Positions 1-8,871 of a stretch of 64,000 nucleotides of DNA are shown in pieces. Position 1 is the stretch's first letter; every line of letters begins with the position of its first letter. This DNA comes from an uncultured Spirochaetota bacterium. Lineage in GTDB: Bacteria > Spirochaetota > Spirochaetia > SZUA-6 > Fen-1364. The position numbers were made by a program, and so were the translations under genes. The notes beneath the pieces are model-generated. The model did no database searches and was not told the origin of the DNA. It worked only from the letters and a program-made list of their open reading frames with translations. The stretch is taken from NCBI GenBank assembly GCA_963781885.1, contig CAWAHW010000004.1, forward strand, positions 64,001-128,000, written 5' to 3'.

Positions 1-2869
1 CAGAAAGCCGAGGCGGGCGCCGTCCCATGCGCGACCGACGCGCGCACCTGCCTTGAGGATGAGCAGCGTGTAGAGCTTCGGCGCCGAGAGGAATGCCGCC
101 GCGGACATGCTCACCAGGATGCGCATGACCGCGAGCTCCATCGGATCCGTCATCGGCGACCTGTCGAGCAACGAGGCGAATGCCCGCCGCTCGGGTGACG
201 TCACGGGTTTCCCGGATCGCCGCCTCGACGTCCGCCGCCGTCGGCTCCGCGGGGAATGTCGTGCCGACGCCGTGCAGGACGTCGAGTCCGAGACCGATGG
301 CGTCCCGCATACGGTTCTGCACCGCCAGGGCTTCGATCTCCACCTCGTAGACCTTGCACCGGTCGGGCAGATCGCGCGCCCGGGCACGTACGATGTCCCC
401 CAACGACCTCATCTCTTCGAAGTTGCCGTAGAGGTAGGCGGCTTCCACCGAGGCTTCGTAGATGTCCAGGGTGAGACGATAGTCGCTGTCCCAGCAGTCT
501 GCACCGAGGAGCCGGCGGGCCACTGCAAGGTATCCCGCCGCTGCCGAAAAAGCGGTCGCGGCCCTCGCGCAACGGCCGGCCTGCAGGTTCATTTCCGCCA
601 GCGCGCGTCGTTCCACCGGGTCGCCCTCCAGCTCGATCCCCTGGTTGAGCTGGCCCGCGATCTCAAAGAGACGCTCCTCGCCATGCTCTTCCACGAGGGA
701 GCTGCGGAGCATGCGCCCGATGTGCAGGTGCGTGAGCGGTTTCCTGTCATCGGGGATCATGGAATATGCCGCCTGCCGGGCCCGGTCGTGGAAGAAACGG
801 TAGGACGGCGCCTGAAAGCCCGCGCCGAGGGGATGTTCCTGTCCGACCGTCGCCCGCTGAAAGCGATAGACCTGGCCGAGCGGCAACAGGAGCCCCGCTT
901 CCAAGGCGGGCCAGACGTCCGCCGCGGTCTCTTCCAGGGATTTCTGAAGGATGATGGCGAGCGTTCCGAGGTCGAAGGCGCTGCCGACGCACGCGGCCAG
1001 CTTCAACGCCTCCTGGGTGCCGGCCGGCAGCTTCTCCACCTGGCGTGTCATGAACTCCATGATGTCGTCGCCAAGGGCAAGGGTGCCCACGCGCGCGACG
1101 TCGCACTCCCAGAAGCCCGCCTCCGCGTTGAAGGCGATCAGGCCCTCGGCGTGAAGCGCCTCCACGAAGCGGTTGATGAAAAAGGGGTTGCCCCCGGTTT
1201 TCTCGAAGACCAGCCTGGCAAGCGGGGATGCGCGCTTCAGCGGGCAGCCGAGCGTGTCGGCGATCAGGCGCGTGACGACCCGCTCCTTGAGGGAAGCCAG
1301 CGCGATGAAGCTGACGGTGACGCCCTCCTCCTCCATCTGACGGAAAGCGACGCTGAGGGGATGGGTGGCGGGCACCTCATCTTCGCGGAAAGCGCCGACC
1401 AGAAGGAGGTACGCCGCCTTGCGTTCGCCTACGAGAAGACGCAGGAGCTCCAGCGACGCGAGGTCGGCCCATTGCATGTCATCGAGAAAGATGACCAGCG
1501 GGTGCGTCTCCGCGGCGAAGCTCGCCACGAGCCGACAGGCAAGCAGGTTGAAGCGGTTCTGCGCCGCGACGCCCGCGAGCGCGGGGACCGGTGGCTGGCT
1601 GCCGATGATCCGTTCAAGATCCGGCACGACATCGATCATGACCCCTCCGCTTTCGCCGACGGCCGACAGGATCTGTGCGCGCGCTGCCGCGAGCTCGGCG
1701 TCACTCGCGCCCACCACCTGCCCGATGAGATCCTGCAGCGCCTGGAGAAACCCGGCAAAGGGGATGCCGTGATTGAACTGGTCGAACTTCCCCCTGATGA
1801 AATGACCGCGGCGGCGTTCGACCGGCCCGCTGATCTCGTTCACGATGGAGGTCTTTCCGATGCCCGATGCCCCTGACACCATCACGAGCTCCGTGGATCC
1901 GGCCGCCGCGCGGTCGAAAGCCGAAAGAAGAGCCGCCGTTTCATGGGCGCGGCCGTAGAGCTTCTCGGGGATGAGGAAACGCTCCGCCCGGTCGTGCAGA
2001 CCGAGGTCGAAGGCACGTTCCTCCTTTTCCGCCTGGCGTCCGCATCGACGCAGGTCATGGAGGAGACCGCGCGAGCTCTGGTAGCGCTCTTCCGGCGCCT
2101 TGGACATGAGCTTCATGACGATAGCGGACAGGACAGGGGACACGGCGGGATTCAGGGCCGTCGGGGGCGGCGGCGTGCGCGCCAGATGGAAGTGGACCTG
2201 CTCCGCCGGATCGGAAGACTCCAGCGGCAGGCGGCCGGTGAGCAGGTGATACAACGTCGCGCCGAGGGAGTAGAAATCGGACCTGTAGTCCACGGCGCGG
2301 TTCATGCGGCCCGTCTGCTCCGGGGCAATGTAGGCGATGGTCGCGTCGAGGGATCGGGCGCCTTTCGGCGACGGCACTTCCCGGTCCAGGGTCGTCGAGA
2401 GGTCGAAGTCGATGATCCGAAGGCTTTCCGCCTGGGGGTTGTAGACGATATTCGACGGGCAGACGTCCTTATGGATGACGCCGGATGCATGGATCGCGGC
2501 GATTCCTTCCACGATCTGGTCCGTCAGCTTGAGAAAATGCGCCAGTGAAAAGCGCGCGAGCCGCCAGTCGCCTAGGAGCGCGCTGAGCGGCGAGCCCCCG
2601 ATGTCTTCAAGCACCAGGAAGACGGTGTTTTCCCATGTCTCCAGCCCATACGCCTGGATCACATTCGCCGAGTGGACCAGGCGGATCATCTCGAGCTCGT
2701 GATGGTAGCGGTCGGGACTTGCGTGGCTCGCCGGACTGGGCTTCAGGATTTTCAGGATGACCGGAAGCTGGTCGCGACGCCGGATCGCCCTGCAGACCAT
2801 GGTGGTATGGCTTTCGTAGATCGTCGCAGCGGCGTCGTAGCCCGGGATTTCAATGGTTCTCAGCTCCAT
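1..2869 (-). CDS. Hybrid Ser/Thr protein kinase + AAA ATPase (trifunctional STK/ATPase/sensor-kinase family), 3' end runs off the window
   Basis: Absent from the ORF track because there is no stop in the window. Hand translation from ATG 2869 gives MELRTIEIPGY..LPVILKILK, catalytic loop HKDVCPSN, IIDFD, YIAPEQTGRMNRAVDYRSDFYSLG, then Walker A VSGASGIGKT and VIFLDDMQWAD. The long + strand ORFs 107-1876 and 1943-2548 are its antisense shadows in one register. Confidence 0.9.
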   Translation of the reverse strand, partial: MELRTIEIPGYDAAATIYESHTTMVCRAIRRRDQLPVILKILKPSPASHASPDRYHHELEMIRLVHSANVIQAYGLETWENTVFLVLEDIGGSPLSALLGDWRLARFSLAHFLKLTDQIVEGIAAIHASGVIHKDVCPSNIVYNPQAESLRIIDFDLSTTLDREVPSPKGARSLDATIAYIAPEQTGRMNRAVDYRSDFYSLGATLYHLLTGRLPLESSDPAEQVHFHLARTPPPPTALNPAVSPVLSAIVMKLMSKAPEERYQSSRGLLHDLRRCGRQAEKEERAFDLGLHDRAERFLIPEKLYGRAHETAALLSAFDRAAAGSTELVMVSGASGIGKTSIVNEISGPVERRRGHFIRGKFDQFNHGIPFAGFLQALQDLIGQVVGASDAELAAARAQILSAVGESGGVMIDVVPDLERIIGSQPPVPALAGVAAQNRFNLLACRLVASFAAETHPLVIFLDDMQWADLASLELLRLLVGERKAAYLLLVGAFREDEVPATHPLSVAFRQMEEEGVTVSFIALASLKERVVTRLIADTLGCPLKRASPLARLVFEKTGGNPFFINRFVEALHAEGLIAFNAEAGFWECDVARVGTLALGDDIMEFMTRQVEKLPAGTQEALKLAACVGSAFDLGTLAIILQKSLEETAADVWPALEAGLLLPLGQVYRFQRATVGQEHPLGAGFQAPSYRFFHDRARQAAYSMIPDDRKPLTHLHIGRMLRSSLVEEHGEERLFEIAGQLNQGIELEGDPVERRALAEMNLQAGRCARAATAFSAAAGYLAVARRLLGADCWDSDYRLTLDIYEASVEAAYLYGNFEEMRSLGDIVRARARDLPDRCKVYEVEIEALAVQNRMRDAIGLGLDVLHGVGTTFPAEPTAADVEAAIRETRDVTRAAGIRLVARQVADDGSDGARGHAHPGEHVRGGIPLGAEALHAAHPQGRCARRSRMGRRPPRLS

Positions 2870-2981
2870 CGAATCTCCGCCGCGGCGACGACCTGACGGC
2901 CCTGTCGTTGAGCAAGGCTATACATCCGCTTTGTCCAGGCTCGTTTTCTCCATTTCCACGCGCGTTGCCTCGTTACCCTTT

Positions 2982-2997
2982 TGCAATAGGCGTGCCA
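2982..2997 (-). promoter_or_regulatory. Sigma54 (RpoN) -24/-12 promoter
   Basis: Minus strand reads TGGCACG-CCTA-TTGCA, a consensus match about 110 bp upstream of the kinase ATG. Confidence 0.75.
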
Positions 2998-3294
2998 TGT
3001 GACAGCAAAATGAAGGCTTCAAGCGTTGCCGCGGCGTGTCACCTTAAGTCATATTGGATAAACAATTAGCCAATGTACACGGAGTCCGCACAATGGGAGG
3101 AACAGGCGCACAGATTTATTTGCCTTTTTTATGCGTCTGTTCCAGGAGGTTTGGAACAATGGCGGAACAGTTTCGAACGCTGCTGTCTGGGAAATCGACG
3201 ACTTCCACCAAGTCTCTGCTCTTGCTCCTCCCTTTTTCATGCTATGCTTTCCATTGGACCCGGATGTCGCAGCGTGAACCGGGCAAGTGCGATC

Positions 3295-4560
3295 ATGCAG
3301 TATTTCATCTTTCTCATGCTCTCACCCCTGACAGCGATCATACTCGTGGCAGCGATCGTGATGGTGGCCCGGCGCCCGCGGTCAGGGCAGTCTTTCCCGA
3401 TCGCCAGCGCGCTCTGGGCATCGCTGGGTTTCGTCGTCACGAACACGCTCGAGCTTGTCTGGCCGACTGCCGCGGGCACGATGCTCTTCGCGAAGCTCGG
3501 CTACCTTTTTTCAACGCCCCTGCCCGTCTTTCTTTTTCTCTTCACCCTCTCGTTCACGGGTCACGAAAACTGGCTTGCGCCGCGCCGGGCGCTCCCGCTC
3601 TTCGTCGTTCCGTTTGCCACCACGCTGCTTGCGGTCACGGAGCCGCTCCATGGATTGATCTGGGCGGGCATTACCTATCAGCCCATCGCGGGCATGCTCG
3701 CGATGAGTGTCACGTACGGCTGGTTCTACTGGATCTACTTCGCCTACGCGCTTGCCCTCCTGATCGCCAGTGCGGCCCTCATCCTGTGGGAACACGCGCA
3801 TGCCCCTCGCGTCTATCGCGCCCAATCCACTTCCGTGATGGTCGGCGTCCTCATCCCGCTTGCCTTTTACGTCGTCTACACGGTGAAGATGATCCCAGGC
3901 CTCACGAAAAACTTCTCCCCCATCGCCTTTGCCGCCGCGGGTCTCTTTCTCGCGGCGAGCCTGCGCAGGCACAGCTTTCTCGATCTCATCCCTGTCGCGC
4001 GCGGCGTCCTTGTCGACGAGATGGCCGACGGCATGATCATCGTGGACCTCGACGGCAGGATCGTCGACGCGAACGATGCGGCCCGGCAGGCCTTCGGCGT
4101 CACGGAGAACATCATCGGGGGCGCGATCGCGCGCCTTCCCGGGCTCGAGGACGTCATCGGCCTGATGACGGCGGACAGGAAAAGCAGGGAAATACCGGTG
4201 GGAGAGCCGCCGCTGCGGCGCTATTACGATGCACATGTTTCCCCGATCGCCAACAGGCGGCACGAAGCAATCGGCTCCATGATCCTGCTGCGCGACGTAT
4301 CAGAGACCCACGCTCTGCTCGAGGAGAAGAACAGCCTGATCGCCGACCTGGAGCGGGCTGCCGGGGAGATCGAGACCCTCCAGGGGATCATCCCGATCTG
4401 CATGTATTGCAAAAAGATCAGGGACGACGCGGGGTACTGGCATCAGGTGGAGAGCTACGTGAGCGACCATTCCCGGTTGCAGTTCAGCCACGGGCTCTGC
4501 CCGGACTGCGAAAGGAAGCATCGGGAAACGCATGGGGCGGCGCCGGCCGACGATTCGTGA
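3295..4560 (+). CDS. HisKA_7TM-type membrane sensor with PAS domain and C-terminal Cys/His zinc-ribbon-like tail
   Basis: About 7 hydrophobic segments, PAS-like MADGMIIVDLDGRIVDAN, coiled coil, then IPICMYCKKIRDDAGYW..FSHGLCPDC. Start moved to MQYFIFL because the track's N-terminal extension crosses the promoter region. Confidence 0.8.
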   Translation: MQYFIFLMLSPLTAIILVAAIVMVARRPRSGQSFPIASALWASLGFVVTNTLELVWPTAAGTMLFAKLGYLFSTPLPVFLFLFTLSFTGHENWLAPRRALPLFVVPFATTLLAVTEPLHGLIWAGITYQPIAGMLAMSVTYGWFYWIYFAYALALLIASAALILWEHAHAPRVYRAQSTSVMVGVLIPLAFYVVYTVKMIPGLTKNFSPIAFAAAGLFLAASLRRHSFLDLIPVARGVLVDEMADGMIIVDLDGRIVDANDAARQAFGVTENIIGGAIARLPGLEDVIGLMTADRKSREIPVGEPPLRRYYDAHVSPIANRRHEAIGSMILLRDVSETHALLEEKNSLIADLERAAGEIETLQGIIPICMYCKKIRDDAGYWHQVESYVSDHSRLQFSHGLCPDCERKHRETHGAAPADDS

Positions 4561-4573
4561 GCACGAGGCGGGT

Positions 4574-6046
4574 CTAGGGACTGCGTCCCGCGGCCGTGCT
4601 CTCTGCATTTCCTTTGTGGACGATCGGGAGCTCGATCCTGAAGCAGGCCCCCGCCCCCGGTTCGCTCCTTACCGTGAGCGACCCTCCGTGGTTTCGCACG
4701 ATGATGTCGTATGAAATGTTGAGACCGAGTCCCGTCCCCTGGCCGACGGGCTTCGTGGTAAAGAACGGGTCGAATATCCTGGGCTGTATCTCCCGCGGTA
4801 TGCCGGGGCCGTCATCCTCGATCTCTATCCAGGCGGCATCTCCAAAGGCTCCCGTGCGGATCTCGATGCGCCCCTTCTGCGCCCTGCCCTGCGCCTTGAT
4901 GGCCTGCGCGGCATTCACGATGATGTTCAGCAATACCTGGAGAATCTCCCCTTCGCTGCACTCCACGAGGGGAAGCTCCCCCAGCTTCAGCGTGACATCC
5001 GCGCTGTAGACCACTTCATTGTGCGCCACCGCGAGCGTCTTCCTGATTCCCCCGTTGATGTCGACGAGTGTGCGCGCGTCACCGGAATCGATGCGGGAAA
5101 AGGAGCGGAGGTTCTGGACGATATCCGAGATGCGCCGAAACCCCTCGTCCAGGTCGGCCAGAATCTTGCCCAGCCCGGCGAGGATGTAGTCGATGTTGTA
5201 GGCCGCCCGGGCCTCGGCAAGCGCCGGCAGCCCGGCATCGTTCAGATGCCGGAGAAAATCCTCGATATTGCGCAGAAAATGCCCGAGCGCCGACTGGTTG
5301 CTCTTCATGAATCCCAGCGGGTTGTTGATCTCGTGGGCGATTCCCGCGGCGAGCTGGCCGATGGAGGCGAGCTTCTCCTGCTGGATCATCATGGCCTGGG
5401 ATTCCTTCAGCTTCTGGTTGGCCTCCGCGAGCTGCACGTTCAGCTTCCAGCGCGTCTGTTCGTCGTGGATGCGCGCGCTGATGTCCTTCACGATCGCGTG
5501 GATCCGCGAGACGCCGCCCGCCTCGTCGGGGATCAGCGTGGCGTTTTCGAGCCCGAATATCGTGGCACCGTCCGTCCGCGTGAGGATGACCTCGAAGTTC
5601 TTGACGGAGCCGCCCTCCTGGATGAGCTGCATGAGCACGGCGTGGTCGCGGGGGTTCGACCAGAGCTCCGCCTCCACCCGGCCGATCACCTGGTCCGGGC
5701 TCTCATAGCCGAGAAGCTGCGCCCCTGCCCGGTTGATCTCGGCGATCCTGCCGGCGCCGTCGATCGTCAGGATCATGTCCTGCGACTCGGCGACAAGCGC
5801 ATTGAGCTTTTCCAGCTGCGCGCGGCCGGCGTCGTCGAGGCCCTTCGCCGGTTCTTTTGCGGACGTCTCCCGCGCGCGCCGCAGCACCGTGAGGAGGAGC
5901 AGCGCAGCAAAAAGCCCGACGGGGAGAATGACGCGAAGGACGGCCGACGCGTGATCGGGGTACGCAAACAGGACGAGCGTTCCCCCTGCAAGGGCGAGCA
6001 AGAGGATGACGGTGAGCGCACACGACAAAGCCTTCTGGCGTCTCAT
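4574..6046 (-). CDS. PAS-domain sensor histidine kinase (NtrB-like)
   Basis: Two TM segments, PAS, H-box EKLASIGQLAAGIAHEINNP, N-box QVLLNIIVNA, DDGPG, FFTTKPVGQGTGLGL. Its ATG overlaps the upstream stop (ATGA). Confidence 0.92.
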   Translation of the reverse strand: MRRQKALSCALTVILLLALAGGTLVLFAYPDHASAVLRVILPVGLFAALLLLTVLRRARETSAKEPAKGLDDAGRAQLEKLNALVAESQDMILTIDGAGRIAEINRAGAQLLGYESPDQVIGRVEAELWSNPRDHAVLMQLIQEGGSVKNFEVILTRTDGATIFGLENATLIPDEAGGVSRIHAIVKDISARIHDEQTRWKLNVQLAEANQKLKESQAMMIQQEKLASIGQLAAGIAHEINNPLGFMKSNQSALGHFLRNIEDFLRHLNDAGLPALAEARAAYNIDYILAGLGKILADLDEGFRRISDIVQNLRSFSRIDSGDARTLVDINGGIRKTLAVAHNEVVYSADVTLKLGELPLVECSEGEILQVLLNIIVNAAQAIKAQGRAQKGRIEIRTGAFGDAAWIEIEDDGPGIPREIQPRIFDPFFTTKPVGQGTGLGLNISYDIIVRNHGGSLTVRSEPGAGACFRIELPIVHKGNAESTAAGRSP

Positions 6047-6432
6047 TCCGCAGCGGGTCGATCCTGCATGGACATGTAGGTGAACACGCCGAGCAGCTCG
6101 AGCACATGACGGACCGGAGGCTGGGAGTTCTCCAGGAAATGGGCGAATCCGCGCTCGCGGGCCACCGCCTTTGCCGTGATGAGCATGCCGACGCCCAGCG
6201 ACGAGACGTACTCCAGCTTGTCCAGGACGAAAACGACGCGCGGCTGCCCGTCCCACTTTTCGATCAATGCAATCACGACGGGCATCAAGGCGCTCGCCGC
6301 ATCGCCGTCGAGATACCCCTCGAGATGGATGCGGAGGCCCCCGTCAATTCCGTTGCGCGCGACCGCCCGTGCGGAGAAATGTTTCATGGCGTGCGTCACG
6401 CGCTCCAGCGCTTCAAGGTCGATTTCGCTCAT
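6043..6432 (-). CDS. STAS-domain anti-sigma-factor antagonist
   Basis: 129 aa with LEGYLD, LDKLEYVSSLGVG (phospho-Ser motif) and VRHVLELLG. Confidence 0.85.
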   Translation of the reverse strand: MSEIDLEALERVTHAMKHFSARAVARNGIDGGLRIHLEGYLDGDAASALMPVVIALIEKWDGQPRVVFVLDKLEYVSSLGVGMLITAKAVARERGFAHFLENSQPPVRHVLELLGVFTYMSMQDRPAAE

Positions 6433-6509
6433 GGCTCCGGTCGAGTGTACGACGATTGTCGCGCCCGCTCAAGGCACCGGAATCCGGCGGTTCTGCGGCA
6501 AGCGACGTC

Positions 6510-7355
6510 TCACGGGTGAGGATCGGCCATGTACTTCTGCACGTCCGCCGAGCGAATGGCACCGGCGGCGAGCGTGAATGTCCCCTTCTCGCTGATCTCC
6601 CGCGCCGCGTCGATGAAAGCACCCAGCGCCGTGCGGCACAGGGACGCGCCGAGGCTGATGCGCCGAACGCCCAGCCGGGCGAGCTCGGCAACCGAAAGGG
6701 GCGGCTCGGCCGAGCCGCTGACGCCGACAAGCGCGTTGACGGGTTTGGCCGCGGAGGCGCACACGGTCCGGATATCGTCCGCCCGGGTGAGCCCCGGCGC
6801 GTACAGGGCATCCGCGCCGGCGGACGCGTATGCCTGGAGACGGCGTATCGTGTCATCGAGGTCGGGCCGGCCGCGGAGGTGATTCTCCGCGCGCGCAACA
6901 AGGACGAACGGGACGGGGAGCCGGTGCGCAGCTTCCGCCGCCGCCGCGACGCGTTCCACGGCATGCGCGAAGTCGTAGAGAGGGCGCGCGGGATCCCCCG
7001 TGTAGTCCTCGATCGATCCGCCGACGAGCCCGGCGATCTCCGCTGCCAGACGGATCGTCTCCGCGGCGGCTTCGGGTGAATCGCCGAAGCCATTTTCCAG
7101 GTCGGCGGCGACGGGCAGCTCCGTGGCATCGACAATCGCCTTCGCATTGGCGAGCGTCTCCTCACGGGTCGACGTGCCATCGCGTCTTCCCAGGCTGTAG
7201 GCCAGGCCTGCGCTCGTGGTCGTGAGCGCCTCGAAGCCGAGCCCCGCAAGGATGCGCGCCGTGCCGGCATCCCAGGGGTTGGGAATGACAAAGGCCCCCG
7301 CGCGCGCGTGGAGCGCCCGGAAAAGCTCACCCTTCTGCGTCTGGCTGGTCTTCAT
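6510..7355 (-). CDS. Isocitrate lyase/PEP mutase family protein
   Basis: FRALH..IPNPWDAGTA, TTSAG, ADLENGFG, GGSIED, ARAEN, AGADALYAPG, RRISLG. SD GGAGGGAG lies upstream of MKTSQ. Confidence 0.9.
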   Translation of the reverse strand: MKTSQTQKGELFRALHARAGAFVIPNPWDAGTARILAGLGFEALTTTSAGLAYSLGRRDGTSTREETLANAKAIVDATELPVAADLENGFGDSPEAAAETIRLAAEIAGLVGGSIEDYTGDPARPLYDFAHAVERVAAAAEAAHRLPVPFVLVARAENHLRGRPDLDDTIRRLQAYASAGADALYAPGLTRADDIRTVCASAAKPVNALVGVSGSAEPPLSVAELARLGVRRISLGASLCRTALGAFIDAAREISEKGTFTLAAGAIRSADVQKYMADPHP

Positions 7356-7594
7356 GATGATCGGCTCCCTCCATGCCCGGCGGCCGTTCGCGCGCCGTTG
7401 CTTGCATGCAGCACAATGATCGCCCGGACGACACGTCACAGACAAGGGGGATTGGCCTCCCGTTGGCGCACGGTTCCCCCTGATGGGAGCGCTCACGATC
7501 CGCGCAATCCGACCTCAGCCCTCGGCGCGCCGCGGCTCTTTGCCGGGGCGTTCGCCGTCGTCAATAGCGATTCGCAAAGGGCGGAGCCGAGGCG

Positions 7595-8613
7595 TCAGAC
7601 CGACGTGGCAAGACGGATGGACCCGCGCAGCTTGATGGGAGATTCGACGAGCGTATGCTTCGGCGGGACCGACTTTCTGTCGGAAGTTCCAATGAGCTCG
7701 AAGAGTCTGTTTGCCGCCGTTTGTCCGATTTCGTGAAGCGGCTGCCGGAACGTGGTGAGCGGAGGATCCATGTATGCCGCGAGAGGAAAATCATCGAAGG
7801 AGACGATGGAGATCTGATCCGGTATCTTCACCTGCTTCGCTTTCGCGGCATCATAGGCGCCCTCGGCGAGAAAGTCGCTGCACAGCATCACGGCGGACGG
7901 GACCTCCTTGCGGCTGAGCAGCCGGTACATGCCCTCCGCGCCCCCGTGCATGTCCCAGGAGGTGATGTCGTCGATGATCTTGCGGGGATCCACCTCCATG
8001 CCGGCGTCCTGCAGGCCTTCCCGATACCCCTGGAAACGGTCCCGGTGATTGGTCAGGTTCAGGTAGCCTCCGATGAATCCAATGCTCCTGTGCCCGTTCT
8101 CCACCAGGAAGCGGATCGCCTTCTTGGAAGCGGCGAGATTGTCGCTCTTGATGAAGTCGATGGGGATGTTGTCGTCGCAGTTGTTGATGACCACGCAGGG
8201 GATCCGCTTCTCCTTCACGATGGAGCAGAACTTTTCGTTGAACATCGGTTCCAGCCAGAGCAGACCTTCAAACCGGTCCAGGATGCTTGCGTTGCCGTAC
8301 GTCAGCAATTCCTTTTCGATCATGTCGGCGTGCACGAGCGCCGTGACGTAGTTCATCGCATGGATTCTTTCATCCGCGCCCTCGATCACCTCCGAGATGT
8401 AGTAGCTGTCGAGCTTGTGACGCGAGTAGAGATCGACGATGCCGATCATCTTGAACACGCCGGCATTGCGGGCAACCCTGCCCTGGTCCATGAGATAGCG
8501 CAGCACGGTTTCGCGGGTTTCCGCCGGATACCGGGCTTGTTGTTCATGACCCGCGACACGGTGGTTACAGAGACGCCAAGATCGGCCGCAATATCCTTGA
8601 TTTTTCTCTTCAT
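7595..8613 (-). CDS. LacI family transcriptional regulator (1-nt frameshift near 8530)
   Basis: HTH MKRKIKDIAADLGVSVTTVSRVMNNKPGI from ATG 8613 is out of frame with the effector domain (GHRSIGFI, IPDQISIVSFDD, PPLTTFRQP). Confidence 0.85.
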
Positions 8614-8806
8614 CCCACGACCAGCTCGTTTCCTGACCTAATATAGCATGAGCAACATGGGATGTAAATGGCACATATTGAAAATATACGTCATTTGAAG
8701 ACGCATATTTGCAGTTTGAAATCATTATTAGTACCAATAATTGCATATTAGTTTTAATTACTTATAATATATATATTTAGTTTTAGTAATAAATTGAGCT
8801 TTTTTC

Positions 8807-8835
8807 TTGACTTGTCAACAAACGAGTCATATGAT
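8807..8835 (+). promoter_or_regulatory. Sigma70 promoter of the ABC operon
   Basis: TTGACT-17 bp-TATGAT within a very AT-rich intergenic region, followed by SD AGGAGG before ATG 8872. Confidence 0.7.
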
Positions 8836-8871
8836 GGCAAATATAAATCTCATCAGAAAGAGGAGGAGCAA

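Noticed and set aside
107-2548. Long + strand ORFs (589 aa and 201 aa)
   Set aside because: They are antisense shadows of the minus-strand kinase gene, typical of high-GC DNA, and have no motifs.
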